NCBI GenBank assembly: GCA_964418285.1
Contig: CAYQMC010000001.1
Coordinates: forward strand, 1 to 52,191
Length of the DNA stretch: 52,191 nt
Direction: 5' to 3'
Origin: an uncultured Chryseobacterium sp.
GTDB lineage: Bacteria > Bacteroidota > Bacteroidia > Flavobacteriales_F > PHOS-HE28
The stretch's first letter is position 1. The number at the start of each line of letters is the position of its first letter. Positions 35,101-41,987 of the stretch are shown here, piece after piece. Below the pieces are notes generated by a model that searched no databases, was not told the DNA's origin, and saw nothing but the letters and a program-made list of their open reading frames with translations. A program made the position numbers and the translations under genes.

Positions 35101-35603
35101 AGGCCATGGAGAAGGGGAAGAAACCCGGCGAAAAGCCCGGTGAACAGAACCCCGGAGGGATGGGCATGCCCGGCATGAGCAAACAATTGGCGCAAATGGC
35201 TGCACAACAGGCGGCCATCCGCAAGGAAATGCAGCGCATTGCACAGGACCTGAACAAGGATGGAAGCGGGGCCGGCAACGAATTGAACAAGCTGGCCGAG
35301 GAGATGGAGAAGCAGGAGAGGGACATCGTGAACAAGAACCTGAGCCCTGAGACCATGCGCCGCCAGCAGGATATCATGACACGCCTGTTGGAACACGAAA
35401 AAGCGGAACGGGAACGCGAACAGGACAATAAGCGTACAAGCAACGAAGGGCGCGATCAGCCACCACCGGATCCTGCCAAATACTTCGACTACCAGCGTCG
35501 GAAAGCACGCGAGGCGGAATTGCTCCGCACGGTGCCCCCCGGCCTTAAGCCATACTACCGCGATCGGGTGAATGCCTATTTCGGTACATTTGACCGACCC
35601 TGA
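32196..35603 (+). CDS. Giant membrane-anchored protein, DUF4175-like, with a ~590-aa E/K/Q-rich coiled-coil/low-complexity region
   Basis: ATG 32196 gives MRSDYDLLISKLDAFIRKYYKDRL. There are two N-terminal TM helices and a third at ALPPLAVLLILLFAAP, then a beta-rich middle (WFEVWDNDGVNGSKSTRS). A long charged coiled coil follows, with a proline/glycine/lysine patch (CDKPGKPGKPGQGKAG) and the C-terminal PPGLKPYYRDRVNAYFGTF. The family name is from memory. Confidence 0.8.
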   Translation: MRSDYDLLISKLDAFIRKYYKDRLIRGALYSIGLLVAVFLAVSLLEHLGRFGILARTLLFWGALAAMAMVIVRFVAIPLVKLFRLGSLISHEEAARIVGTHFTEVRDKLLNTLQLRGMAQDTPEQRDLIEAAIAQRSRELGPVPFTNAIDLGRNTRYLRYALPPLAVLLILLFAAPSLITGPTQRLIRHGSEFIPEAPFRFVLVNEELTVPEQQDIEVVVELTGDVVPQQVELEVAGQRIPLVKKDARRFAHRFRNVQKDISFHFTAEGFRSEDHELRVVPHPMLLDFRLALDFPDYLGMPDETIDNSGDVTVPAGTRITWDLNARSSDRLDLVFDDTTLVLEPAARTTGGQLFRSTRRFMAGHSYRMTARNGERVADDALQYRVEVVPDLYPTIQVETRADSTAPKRLFYRGDIGDDHGFKRLLFHYRFVQGGDSVPPELRSGAKELRIAPRETRQEFFHSWELYGLTVLPGDRIEHWFEVWDNDGVNGSKSTRSATQVFSAPTLKELADQQDMDSDALKSAMEESIREARDIQRELDKLRRELLEKKELNWQDQQKLESVMERQQELQKNIERSTEQLRQTQQQQREFRQMDERLLEKQQQVQELFENILNEEMKELYRQMEELMEKLDKDLLQEQLEDMKLDQEDVEKELDRALEMFKRMEVEQKAEDIAKQLEDLAREQEKLSEESKKGDTPTEELKEKQEELNKAFEELRKDMDDLEEKNEALEQPMDLPETESAEDEIQKDQEQSSEQLDKKQNQKASDKQKSAAEKMEQLAFQMQSAMANNAEEQQEEDMDALRQLLENIVHLSFEQEGLMDQVTTTNIRDPRFIEHGRTQRKLRDDAKVIEDSLFALSKRVPQLESIVNREMNAVNANMDDATNYMGEARANERFRPMAADKQQYAMTSLNNLALLLDEALQQMMQQMQQQGNGSCDKPGKPGKPGQGKAGMSKMKAQQEALQKQLEEMRKAMEKGKKPGEKPGEQNPGGMGMPGMSKQLAQMAAQQAAIRKEMQRIAQDLNKDGSGAGNELNKLAEEMEKQERDIVNKNLSPETMRRQQDIMTRLLEHEKAEREREQDNKRTSNEGRDQPPPDPAKYFDYQRRKAREAELLRTVPPGLKPYYRDRVNAYFGTFDRP

Positions 35604-35610
35604 ACAGCCC

Positions 35611-36051
35611 ATGGGAGCCTTGACCGAAGAGTTGGAATTCACCCAACGCATAGACTTTCCCGCCAAGGCGGAGAACATCGCGTTGGCCGAGAAACTGATC
35701 GATGAAGCCTGCGCCCGGCACAATGTGCACGAGAGCCGCTATGGCAACATCCTGATCGCGCTTACCGAAGCGGTGAACAATGCCATCCATCATGGCAATC
35801 GTCTCGATGCGACCAAGACCGTATCCCTCGGTTACCAGGCCAAGGATGATAGTCTGGTGTTCATGGTACAGGACCAGGGCCCTGGATTCGATTTCGAGCA
35901 TCTGCCCGATCCCACCGACCCCCAGAACATCGAGAAACCCCATGGGCGCGGCGTGTTCCTGATGCGTGCGTTGGCCGACGATGTGGAGTTCGCCGATCAA
36001 GGTGCCACCGTGGTCTTGGCGTTCAACCGGGCACCTGCCGAAGACAAATGA
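35611..36051 (+). CDS. RsbW/SpoIIAB-like anti-sigma-factor-type serine kinase (HATPase_c_2)
   Basis: ATG 35611, 7 nt after the upstream stop. N-box LTEAVNNAIHHGN, G-box VQDQGPGFD, and KPHGRGVFLMRALADDVEF. Confidence 0.8.
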   Translation: MGALTEELEFTQRIDFPAKAENIALAEKLIDEACARHNVHESRYGNILIALTEAVNNAIHHGNRLDATKTVSLGYQAKDDSLVFMVQDQGPGFDFEHLPDPTDPQNIEKPHGRGVFLMRALADDVEFADQGATVVLAFNRAPAEDK

Positions 36052-36491
36052 TCGGTGCCATGCCGAGCGTCGCGTTCAAGGTCATGGATGTCCCGAACGC
36101 CTTTCGCCAGCGCGAAGTCTTGCGTACATGGCTCGGCGCTGTAGCAAAGGATCATGGTCTGGATATCCATGAGCTGAACTTCGTCCTGCTTACCGACGAT
36201 GCCTTATTGGACTATAACAGACGGTATCTGGACCACGACGAATACACCGATGTGATCACTTTCGATGGTCAAACGGGGACGGGCGTTTCCGGTGATGTGC
36301 TCATCAGCTACGACCGGGTCAGGGAGAATGCGGCCACGTTCGGTGTCAGCCCCCGGCACGAGTTGCGCCGTGTGATGGTGCATGGGCTGTTGCATCTATT
36401 GGGCCACCAGGACAAGACCAAGGCCCAGCGTGAGGCCATGCGTGGTCTTGAGGACAGGTACTTGCAACTCCTCGACCGAGCGAAGACCTGA
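36048..36491 (+). CDS. ybeY: Endoribonuclease YbeY (rRNA maturation factor)
   Basis: Zinc motif VMVHGLLHLLGHQD (H...H.....H), typical length, and an ATGA overlap with the upstream gene. Confidence 0.9.
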   Translation: MIGAMPSVAFKVMDVPNAFRQREVLRTWLGAVAKDHGLDIHELNFVLLTDDALLDYNRRYLDHDEYTDVITFDGQTGTGVSGDVLISYDRVRENAATFGVSPRHELRRVMVHGLLHLLGHQDKTKAQREAMRGLEDRYLQLLDRAKT

Positions 36492-36530
36492 TCTCAACCA
36501 CCAGCGGACCGCGTGGCGGAATCCTTGGAG

Positions 36531-36944
36531 CTACTTATCGCCGTACGCCTCCGAAAGGCCTTTCGTGCGTGCTGATACACTGGTCCTCATCTCCTTCTCA
36601 AGCAGAACGAATTCCTCCTTGGAAGCTGCCCAGGCTTGGGGCTCCATACCGGACATGCTGGTCAGCGCGCCCTCCACCTTGGAGATGTCGGCTTTGATGT
36701 CGCTTTGAATCTCCACAAAGCGCTTCGCGGCAATGCGATCGGTGGTCTCGCTCAGCTTGCTGACGGCATTCAACTGGTTGTTCAGATCACCGTACAGTTC
36801 CTTTAGGGAGCTGGCCACTATGCGCATTTCCACCAAGGCGGGATCCTCCACCTGTTGTAGCCCGGAATTGGTCGGGGCCTGTGCGCGAAGAAATCCACTA
36901 GTGAGGACCAGAGCGGCGAAAATAGGGAGCAGTAAGTATTTCAT
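36531..36944 (-). CDS. Secreted helical protein of unknown function (137 aa)
   Basis: Signal peptide MKYLLLPIFAALVLTSGFLRAQA, normal composition and an ATG start. Confidence 0.6.
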   Translation of the reverse strand: MKYLLLPIFAALVLTSGFLRAQAPTNSGLQQVEDPALVEMRIVASSLKELYGDLNNQLNAVSKLSETTDRIAAKRFVEIQSDIKADISKVEGALTSMSGMEPQAWAASKEEFVLLEKEMRTSVSARTKGLSEAYGDK

Positions 36945-37122
36945 GATGGTTCAATGGGTAGCAGACGGCGATGTGCAGCACGTGCGATTTGCACGCTGCA
37001 AGATAAGGCGATGCGATGGGAGCACAGTGTAAAACGGGATCGAGCTTTGGGTGAACAGAAATGGGCCGGAATCGGACTTGCTCGTTAGCGTCGTTCATAC
37101 CTTTCCCCCCTTCCCAAAAAGT

Positions 37123-38010
37123 ATGATCGAGGCAAAGAAGGCCCTGGACCTGGTACAGAACAAATTGGTGGCCTGGCTGGAAGCCATTGTCGAAATGCTG
37201 CCGAACATGGCACTGGCAGCTGTGATCGTGGTGGCTTTCTGGTTGCTGGCGCGCGGCGTAAGGCATCTTGCCAACAGGGTGCTGATCCGCTTCTTCCAAA
37301 GCAGCACGCTCCAGCGCTTGTTCAGCGGTGCATTGTATGTCACCATTGTGCTTGTCGGGGCATTCGTGGCGCTCAGTATCCTGCATCTGGACAAGACCGT
37401 TACTTCACTTCTTGCCGGTGCTGGAATCCTAGGCCTGGCCTTGGGTTTTGCATTCCAGGACATTGCCAGTAATTTCATTGCAGGTGTGCTCATGGCGGCG
37501 CAACGTCCGCTGGCGGTCGGCGATCTGGTCGAGACCTCCGGAGAAACCGGTGTTGTGCAGCGGATCGATCTGCGGACCACGGAGTTGCGCAGCCTACAGG
37601 GCTTGCAGGTCATTATTCCCAACAAGGAGGTCTTCCAAAGTGTGCTTATCAACTACACCCGCAACGGAACGCGCCGCGTGGACCTGGCGGTGGGGGTCAG
37701 CTATGGCGAGGACCTGGAGCATGTGAAGCAGGTCACCATCGCTGCGGTGAAGGGTGTCCGGGATGTCCTCTTGGACGATGGCGTTGACCTGTTCTACCAA
37801 GGGTATGGGGACAGCAGCATCGATCTGGAGGTGCGATTCTGGATCACATCCTCAAGCAACAACCACTTTCAAACGGTACGCAGCAATGCCATCATGGCCG
37901 TGAAGGCCGCTTACGATAAGGAGGGCATCACCATTCCATTCCCCATTCGCACGCTCGACTTCGGCATCAAAGGTGGTGAGCGACTGGATAGCATGTTGGG
38001 TGGCCGATGA
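37123..38010 (+). CDS. Small-conductance mechanosensitive channel (MscS family)
   Basis: Internal ATG at 37123. Pore-helix region LLAGAGILGLALGFAFQDIASNFIAGVLM, then the beta domain GDLVETSGETGVVQRIDLRTTELRS...IIPNKEVF and ITIPFPIRTLDF. Confidence 0.9.
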   Translation: MIEAKKALDLVQNKLVAWLEAIVEMLPNMALAAVIVVAFWLLARGVRHLANRVLIRFFQSSTLQRLFSGALYVTIVLVGAFVALSILHLDKTVTSLLAGAGILGLALGFAFQDIASNFIAGVLMAAQRPLAVGDLVETSGETGVVQRIDLRTTELRSLQGLQVIIPNKEVFQSVLINYTRNGTRRVDLAVGVSYGEDLEHVKQVTIAAVKGVRDVLLDDGVDLFYQGYGDSSIDLEVRFWITSSSNNHFQTVRSNAIMAVKAAYDKEGITIPFPIRTLDFGIKGGERLDSMLGGR

Positions 38011-38115
38011 GGATCGAGATCCTCGCGGGTCGTTGAGCGAAGGTGCATATTTGCACAGGTCGGCTACCACCTACCTGAGCGCAAACCCGCGCGAATACAA
38101 CTTCCACCTCCTGCC

Positions 38116-38646
38116 ATGAGCAATGTCCTTACTCCTGTTCACACTGTCTTGCTGTGCTTGTTCGCCTTGGTCGGGTACACGCAGGACCCCACCCAGGTCC
38201 GGACCAAAGAGAGCCTGCAGGATCTATACTCCACCTACCTGACCGAGGAAGGATACAAGCCGGAGATCGACGAGGACGGCGATGTGCGTTTCAAGCGCGA
38301 GGGCAAGACCTATTTCATCAATGTGGATGCCGGGGATACCGCTTCTTTCAGGCTGGTGTTGGCGAACATCTGGCCCATCGAGAGCGAAGAGGAACGTGCA
38401 GAGGTACGCCTGGCCATGGACCATTGCAACGCCCTGGCCAAGGTTGCGAAGGCATACATGGTACGCGATAATGTGTGGGTAGCCATCGAGACCTTCATCG
38501 CGAGGCCCGAGGATTTCAAGGTCATTTTCGAACGCTCACTTTCTGCCATGGACCATGGCGTGGGACTTTTTGCCCGCCGGATGCGTACCGAGCGGTCCGC
38601 ACCGGATCCGCAGATACAGGAAGCCCCGCCACCGGGTGTCCGGTAG
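38116..38646 (+). CDS. Secreted YbjN-like (putative sensory-transduction/chaperone-fold) protein
   Basis: Signal-like N-terminus MSNVLTPVHTVLLCLFALVGYTQ. The pattern EEGYKPEIDEDGDVRFKREGKTYFINVD...FRLVL...VAIETF resembles the YbjN domain, a low-certainty family call. Confidence 0.55.
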   Translation: MSNVLTPVHTVLLCLFALVGYTQDPTQVRTKESLQDLYSTYLTEEGYKPEIDEDGDVRFKREGKTYFINVDAGDTASFRLVLANIWPIESEEERAEVRLAMDHCNALAKVAKAYMVRDNVWVAIETFIARPEDFKVIFERSLSAMDHGVGLFARRMRTERSAPDPQIQEAPPPGVR

Positions 38647-38655
38647 CGGGGCTTC
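38620..38655. terminator. Nested GC-rich hairpin between convergent genes (candidate bidirectional terminator)
   Basis: GAAGCCCCGC (38620..38629) pairs with GCGGGGCTTC (38646..38655), and the loop holds an inner hairpin ACCGG-gtgt-CCGGT. It overlaps the stop of 38116..38646 and has no clear U-tract. Confidence 0.4.
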
Positions 38656-38673
38656 CTGCTGGGCGGGGTCCGC

Positions 38674-40677
38674 TTATTCCTTGGTGAATTTGCGGGATAC
38701 CACTTTGCCTTTTCCGATCAGTTGCAGCGTATAGTTGCCAGGAACCAGGCGGGATACATCCAGCGACCCGTTCTGCAGGTTGCTTTCCAACACCAGGCGG
38801 CCTGTGGCGTCCAAGATCAGCACGGTACGTTGCGTGGTCACCGAGTTGCCTTCAACCCGGAGGGTCCCGGTCGTGGGGTTCGGGAATATCCGTAGTTCAT
38901 CGGCTTGTGCCTCTTCCACGATATCCGTGGTGATCGTGTTCTCCGTGATGTTCAGTGTGGTGTTGATGTCGGGGTTGCTCACCACGCTCACCAAACCTGA
39001 AGGCCAGTACACCACGACCTCTTCGATCTCGGTATCCTCCCCGATACCGAAGTGTGCCGTAAGGCTGCTCATGTGACGGAAGCCATCACCGCTTTTCACA
39101 TCGCGCATCTGGTTGCCCATGGCGCTGGTGATCGCTACTCGTGCACCGATGCCGTGTTTGTTGCTCTGGACACCGATCGTATTGATCTTGATCCAGTTGT
39201 TGCCGTTCGGCACGTTCATGCGGATGGTGCCACCGTTCACCACGTCCAGGAAACCATCGTTATTGAGGTCGCCCACCCCGCCAGCGCTTACACCCGTGTT
39301 CACCGGCGTGAAGGTCCAGTCGCCGTTGTTCAGCATGACCACACCTCCACCACCAAGCACGTCGATGTAGCCGTTGTTATCGAAGTCGTGGGCCACATGT
39401 TCGATGCTGGTGCTGAAGAAATCCTCCCAACCGGTGCCTGCGGTCACGTCATCGAATGTGCTGCCGTTGTTGCGCATCACCTTGTGGCCTCCGGCTGCGA
39501 ACGAGCTTGCGCCCACGATCACATCCTTGTTACCATCGTTGTCGAAGTCGCCCCAGGCTGCTGACCAGGTCTGGACATCATCGGCGAGACCCAGTTGCTC
39601 TCCGACCTCGGTGAAGGTGCCATCGCCGTTGTTGCGGTGCATTTGGTTGGTGCTCGCCACGGAGTTGCCACCGCGGCACTTGGCGATGAAAAGGTCGACA
39701 TCTCCATCACTGTCATAATCGATCCAAATGGATCCGTAGTTGCCTCCGTTCGGGGTGTCGCCAAGGCCACCTTGGTAGAAGGTGAGGTTGCCTTCTCCAT
39801 CGTTCAGGTAGTACACATTGGGTTGCACATCGTGGCAAACGAAGGCATCCAGGTGACCATCGTTGTTGATGTCCACGAAGTTCGAACGCTGCGAGAACAC
39901 GTATTCCGGACCAGCCACTTGGGTATAACCGGTTCCATCGGCATTGGCCATCATGAAGGAAACGCCGTTTCCGCCACCATACAACAGGTCCATATGTCCG
40001 TTCGCATCGATATCGCCAACGGCCATGCTCCAAGAAGGGGAGTTCACCGCTTGGGGTGTCGGCGTGTCCACCACATCGAATACGCCGTTGGCCTGTTGCT
40101 GGGCCACTCGTACGTTGGTGCCGGTCACGCTGACCACATCATCCAGGTAGTCACCGTTCATGTCCACCACGGCCAAACTGCTGCCACTGGTGCTCACCGG
40201 AACATTCATGAAGGTCAAAGCCCCGGTCGGTATGGGTCCTTCGTTCAGGAGGAAGTCGAAGCCGTTGGATGTCCAGCGGTTGTCGAACGCTATACGGTAG
40301 TTCGTACCCGCCTCGGCGAACCAGGTCACCAAGGAGGTGTAGTCCACACCACCGTCGTCATCGCCGGCTACACATACCAAGGCATCGCAAGGGCCGGCGT
40401 AGATGTGCACACGTGTATCCGTGTTCCCATTCTGCGGCAGGCTGGTGGAGATCGTCACCGAGATACTGACACTGGGGGTGTAGCTGTACCACATGCCAGC
40501 GGAGGTTTCGCCGGCCCCGTTCTGGGCGCAGATCGGGTCGGGTATTTCCAAGCCGTTCACTTGGGCCACGGTATAAGTGCCGGCAGTGATCGTGATCGGG
40601 GTCGCACAAGTGCTTTGAGCGTGAGCGTGAACACCCAGGCCAAGTGCGAGCAGAAGAGTAAGGCTTTGTTTCATCAT
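38674..40677 (-). CDS. T9SS-secreted FG-GAP/VCBS-repeat protein with ASPIC/UnbV-like domain (CRTAC1-like) and type-A CTD
   Basis: Signal MMKQSLTLLLALGLGVHAHAQ. There are repeated Ca-binding FG-GAP loops (DMNGDYLDDV, DIDANGHMDL, DINNDGHLDA, DYDSDGDVDL, DFDNDGNKDV, DFDNNGYIDV, DLNNDGFLDV). UnbV-like segment NWIKINTIGVQSNKHGIGARV...DGFRHMSS. CTD RIFPNPTTGTLRVEG...GNYTLQLIGKGKVVSRKFTKE. Confidence 0.85.
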   Translation of the reverse strand: MMKQSLTLLLALGLGVHAHAQSTCATPITITAGTYTVAQVNGLEIPDPICAQNGAGETSAGMWYSYTPSVSISVTISTSLPQNGNTDTRVHIYAGPCDALVCVAGDDDGGVDYTSLVTWFAEAGTNYRIAFDNRWTSNGFDFLLNEGPIPTGALTFMNVPVSTSGSSLAVVDMNGDYLDDVVSVTGTNVRVAQQQANGVFDVVDTPTPQAVNSPSWSMAVGDIDANGHMDLLYGGGNGVSFMMANADGTGYTQVAGPEYVFSQRSNFVDINNDGHLDAFVCHDVQPNVYYLNDGEGNLTFYQGGLGDTPNGGNYGSIWIDYDSDGDVDLFIAKCRGGNSVASTNQMHRNNGDGTFTEVGEQLGLADDVQTWSAAWGDFDNDGNKDVIVGASSFAAGGHKVMRNNGSTFDDVTAGTGWEDFFSTSIEHVAHDFDNNGYIDVLGGGGVVMLNNGDWTFTPVNTGVSAGGVGDLNNDGFLDVVNGGTIRMNVPNGNNWIKINTIGVQSNKHGIGARVAITSAMGNQMRDVKSGDGFRHMSSLTAHFGIGEDTEIEEVVVYWPSGLVSVVSNPDINTTLNITENTITTDIVEEAQADELRIFPNPTTGTLRVEGNSVTTQRTVLILDATGRLVLESNLQNGSLDVSRLVPGNYTLQLIGKGKVVSRKFTKE

Positions 40678-40691
40678 GAGGCGGTTTTCAT

Positions 40692-41798
40692 TCAGTTGCA
40701 GGCAGGTTCAAGACTTTCTATCCAAGCGGTGATCAGGGCCAAGCCTTCTTGGTGTACCACGGACCGGCCCAACAGCGGCATACGCACGCTTTCATCCGTG
40801 GAAGCAAGGCGATGGTGCATCATGCTCCGTCCGGGAACACCGGACGAAACGATGTGCGTCAACGAGGGCCCCAGATCCTCCTCCGGAGCAACGCACACGC
40901 CCAGGTTCACCGGGTCCACGGTCTCGCTCCAGGCGAAGCGCATGGGGCGGTAGTCGCAGTGGCTTCCTTCCGCATGGCAGTGTGCGCAGTTCATGTCCAC
41001 ATAAGCACGCACCCGGTCGGTCAGGCTTGCGGTCATGTCATCCCAGCGCACCGTGGCGTTGATCGCCGTGGGCGTGCCCTGGGCCAGGTAGCCCACCTGG
41101 GTCCACTTGCCCAGTTGGTCCATGCTGCCATCCACGAAGGGGTACGCCATTTTCAAGTTCTGGGGCTTGGGGCCGATGGGCATGGCGATCAGGTCGTCCT
41201 TGTGGCAAACGAAACACTCTCCCTCGGAAGGGATCCGGTAGTTCACCTGCTTGGTCAGTCCGTTCTCGTCGATCCAGTCCACCATGGTATAGCCTCCGCC
41301 CATGTTCAACACGGCTTCGGTCTGCGCATCGTTCCACACGTATTCGGCGAATCGCCAAGTGCCGTCCAGCTTGTACAACAGGCGGGTCTCCACGATCCTG
41401 CGGCTGTCGCTGGGCTGCACCCGGTCGTAATAGAAGTTCTTGATGAGCACGGTGCCATCCGGGAAGTCCAAGATGTTGTGGTCCCCGGCATAGCTGGCCT
41501 GTACGCCGGGCATCATCCAGATGAAGCGTTGCTTTTTGGCGTAGTCGCTGAACAAGGGCGTGATCACTTCGTACGGCAGAACTCCTTCAACGGGCTGCAT
41601 CTGTGCCATCGGGCCCTCGAAGAAGTTGTAGTCCGACAGGACCGGGTAGGGAAGCGCCTGTGGGTCGAAGACCACCGGAGATGACCCTCCCTCAGGAACC
41701 GGGGCAGCAGGCTCTGGTACATCCTTACGGCACGACAAGAACAGCCCCAATACCGAAGCGAGGAGCAGAAGAATGCTGTGCGTACGCGATAGACCCAT
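40692..41798 (-). CDS. Lipoprotein with two CxxCH haem-c-type motifs (putative dihaem cytochrome-like protein)
   Basis: The real start is ATG 41798 (MGLSRTHSILLLLASVLGLFLSC, lipobox). The track ORF continues to 44660 only as an antisense shadow of polA. Motif ECFVCH lies at ~41203..41217 and NCAHCH at ~40974..40988. The C-terminal ...RMPLLGRSVVHQEGLALITAWI resembles planctomycete-type cytochrome domains (from memory). Confidence 0.75.
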   Translation of the reverse strand: MGLSRTHSILLLLASVLGLFLSCRKDVPEPAAPVPEGGSSPVVFDPQALPYPVLSDYNFFEGPMAQMQPVEGVLPYEVITPLFSDYAKKQRFIWMMPGVQASYAGDHNILDFPDGTVLIKNFYYDRVQPSDSRRIVETRLLYKLDGTWRFAEYVWNDAQTEAVLNMGGGYTMVDWIDENGLTKQVNYRIPSEGECFVCHKDDLIAMPIGPKPQNLKMAYPFVDGSMDQLGKWTQVGYLAQGTPTAINATVRWDDMTASLTDRVRAYVDMNCAHCHAEGSHCDYRPMRFAWSETVDPVNLGVCVAPEEDLGPSLTHIVSSGVPGRSMMHHRLASTDESVRMPLLGRSVVHQEGLALITAWIESLEPACN

Positions 41799-41987
41799 TT
41801 TGAGCAGGATGCCGAAGCTAAGGCCTTGACACGATCCAGGGACCCGACGTTGCTTGGCTGGATCCTTCTGTTGTTGAACTCCTGATCGTGCTGGTCCGCT
41901 GCAAAGCCCCGGTTTGGAAGGGCGGGTCACCGGCTGGCTAACTTGCCGCCCCTCCGCCGGGACCCATTGCACCGCGGAGTTGTTCGT

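Noticed and set aside
32325-35723. Two long minus-strand ORFs (32325..34244, 34293..35723) and further nested ones
   Set aside because: Antisense to the E/K/Q-rich DUF4175-like gene. Their Leu/Phe/Ser-rich runs simply complement GAG/AAG/CAG codons.
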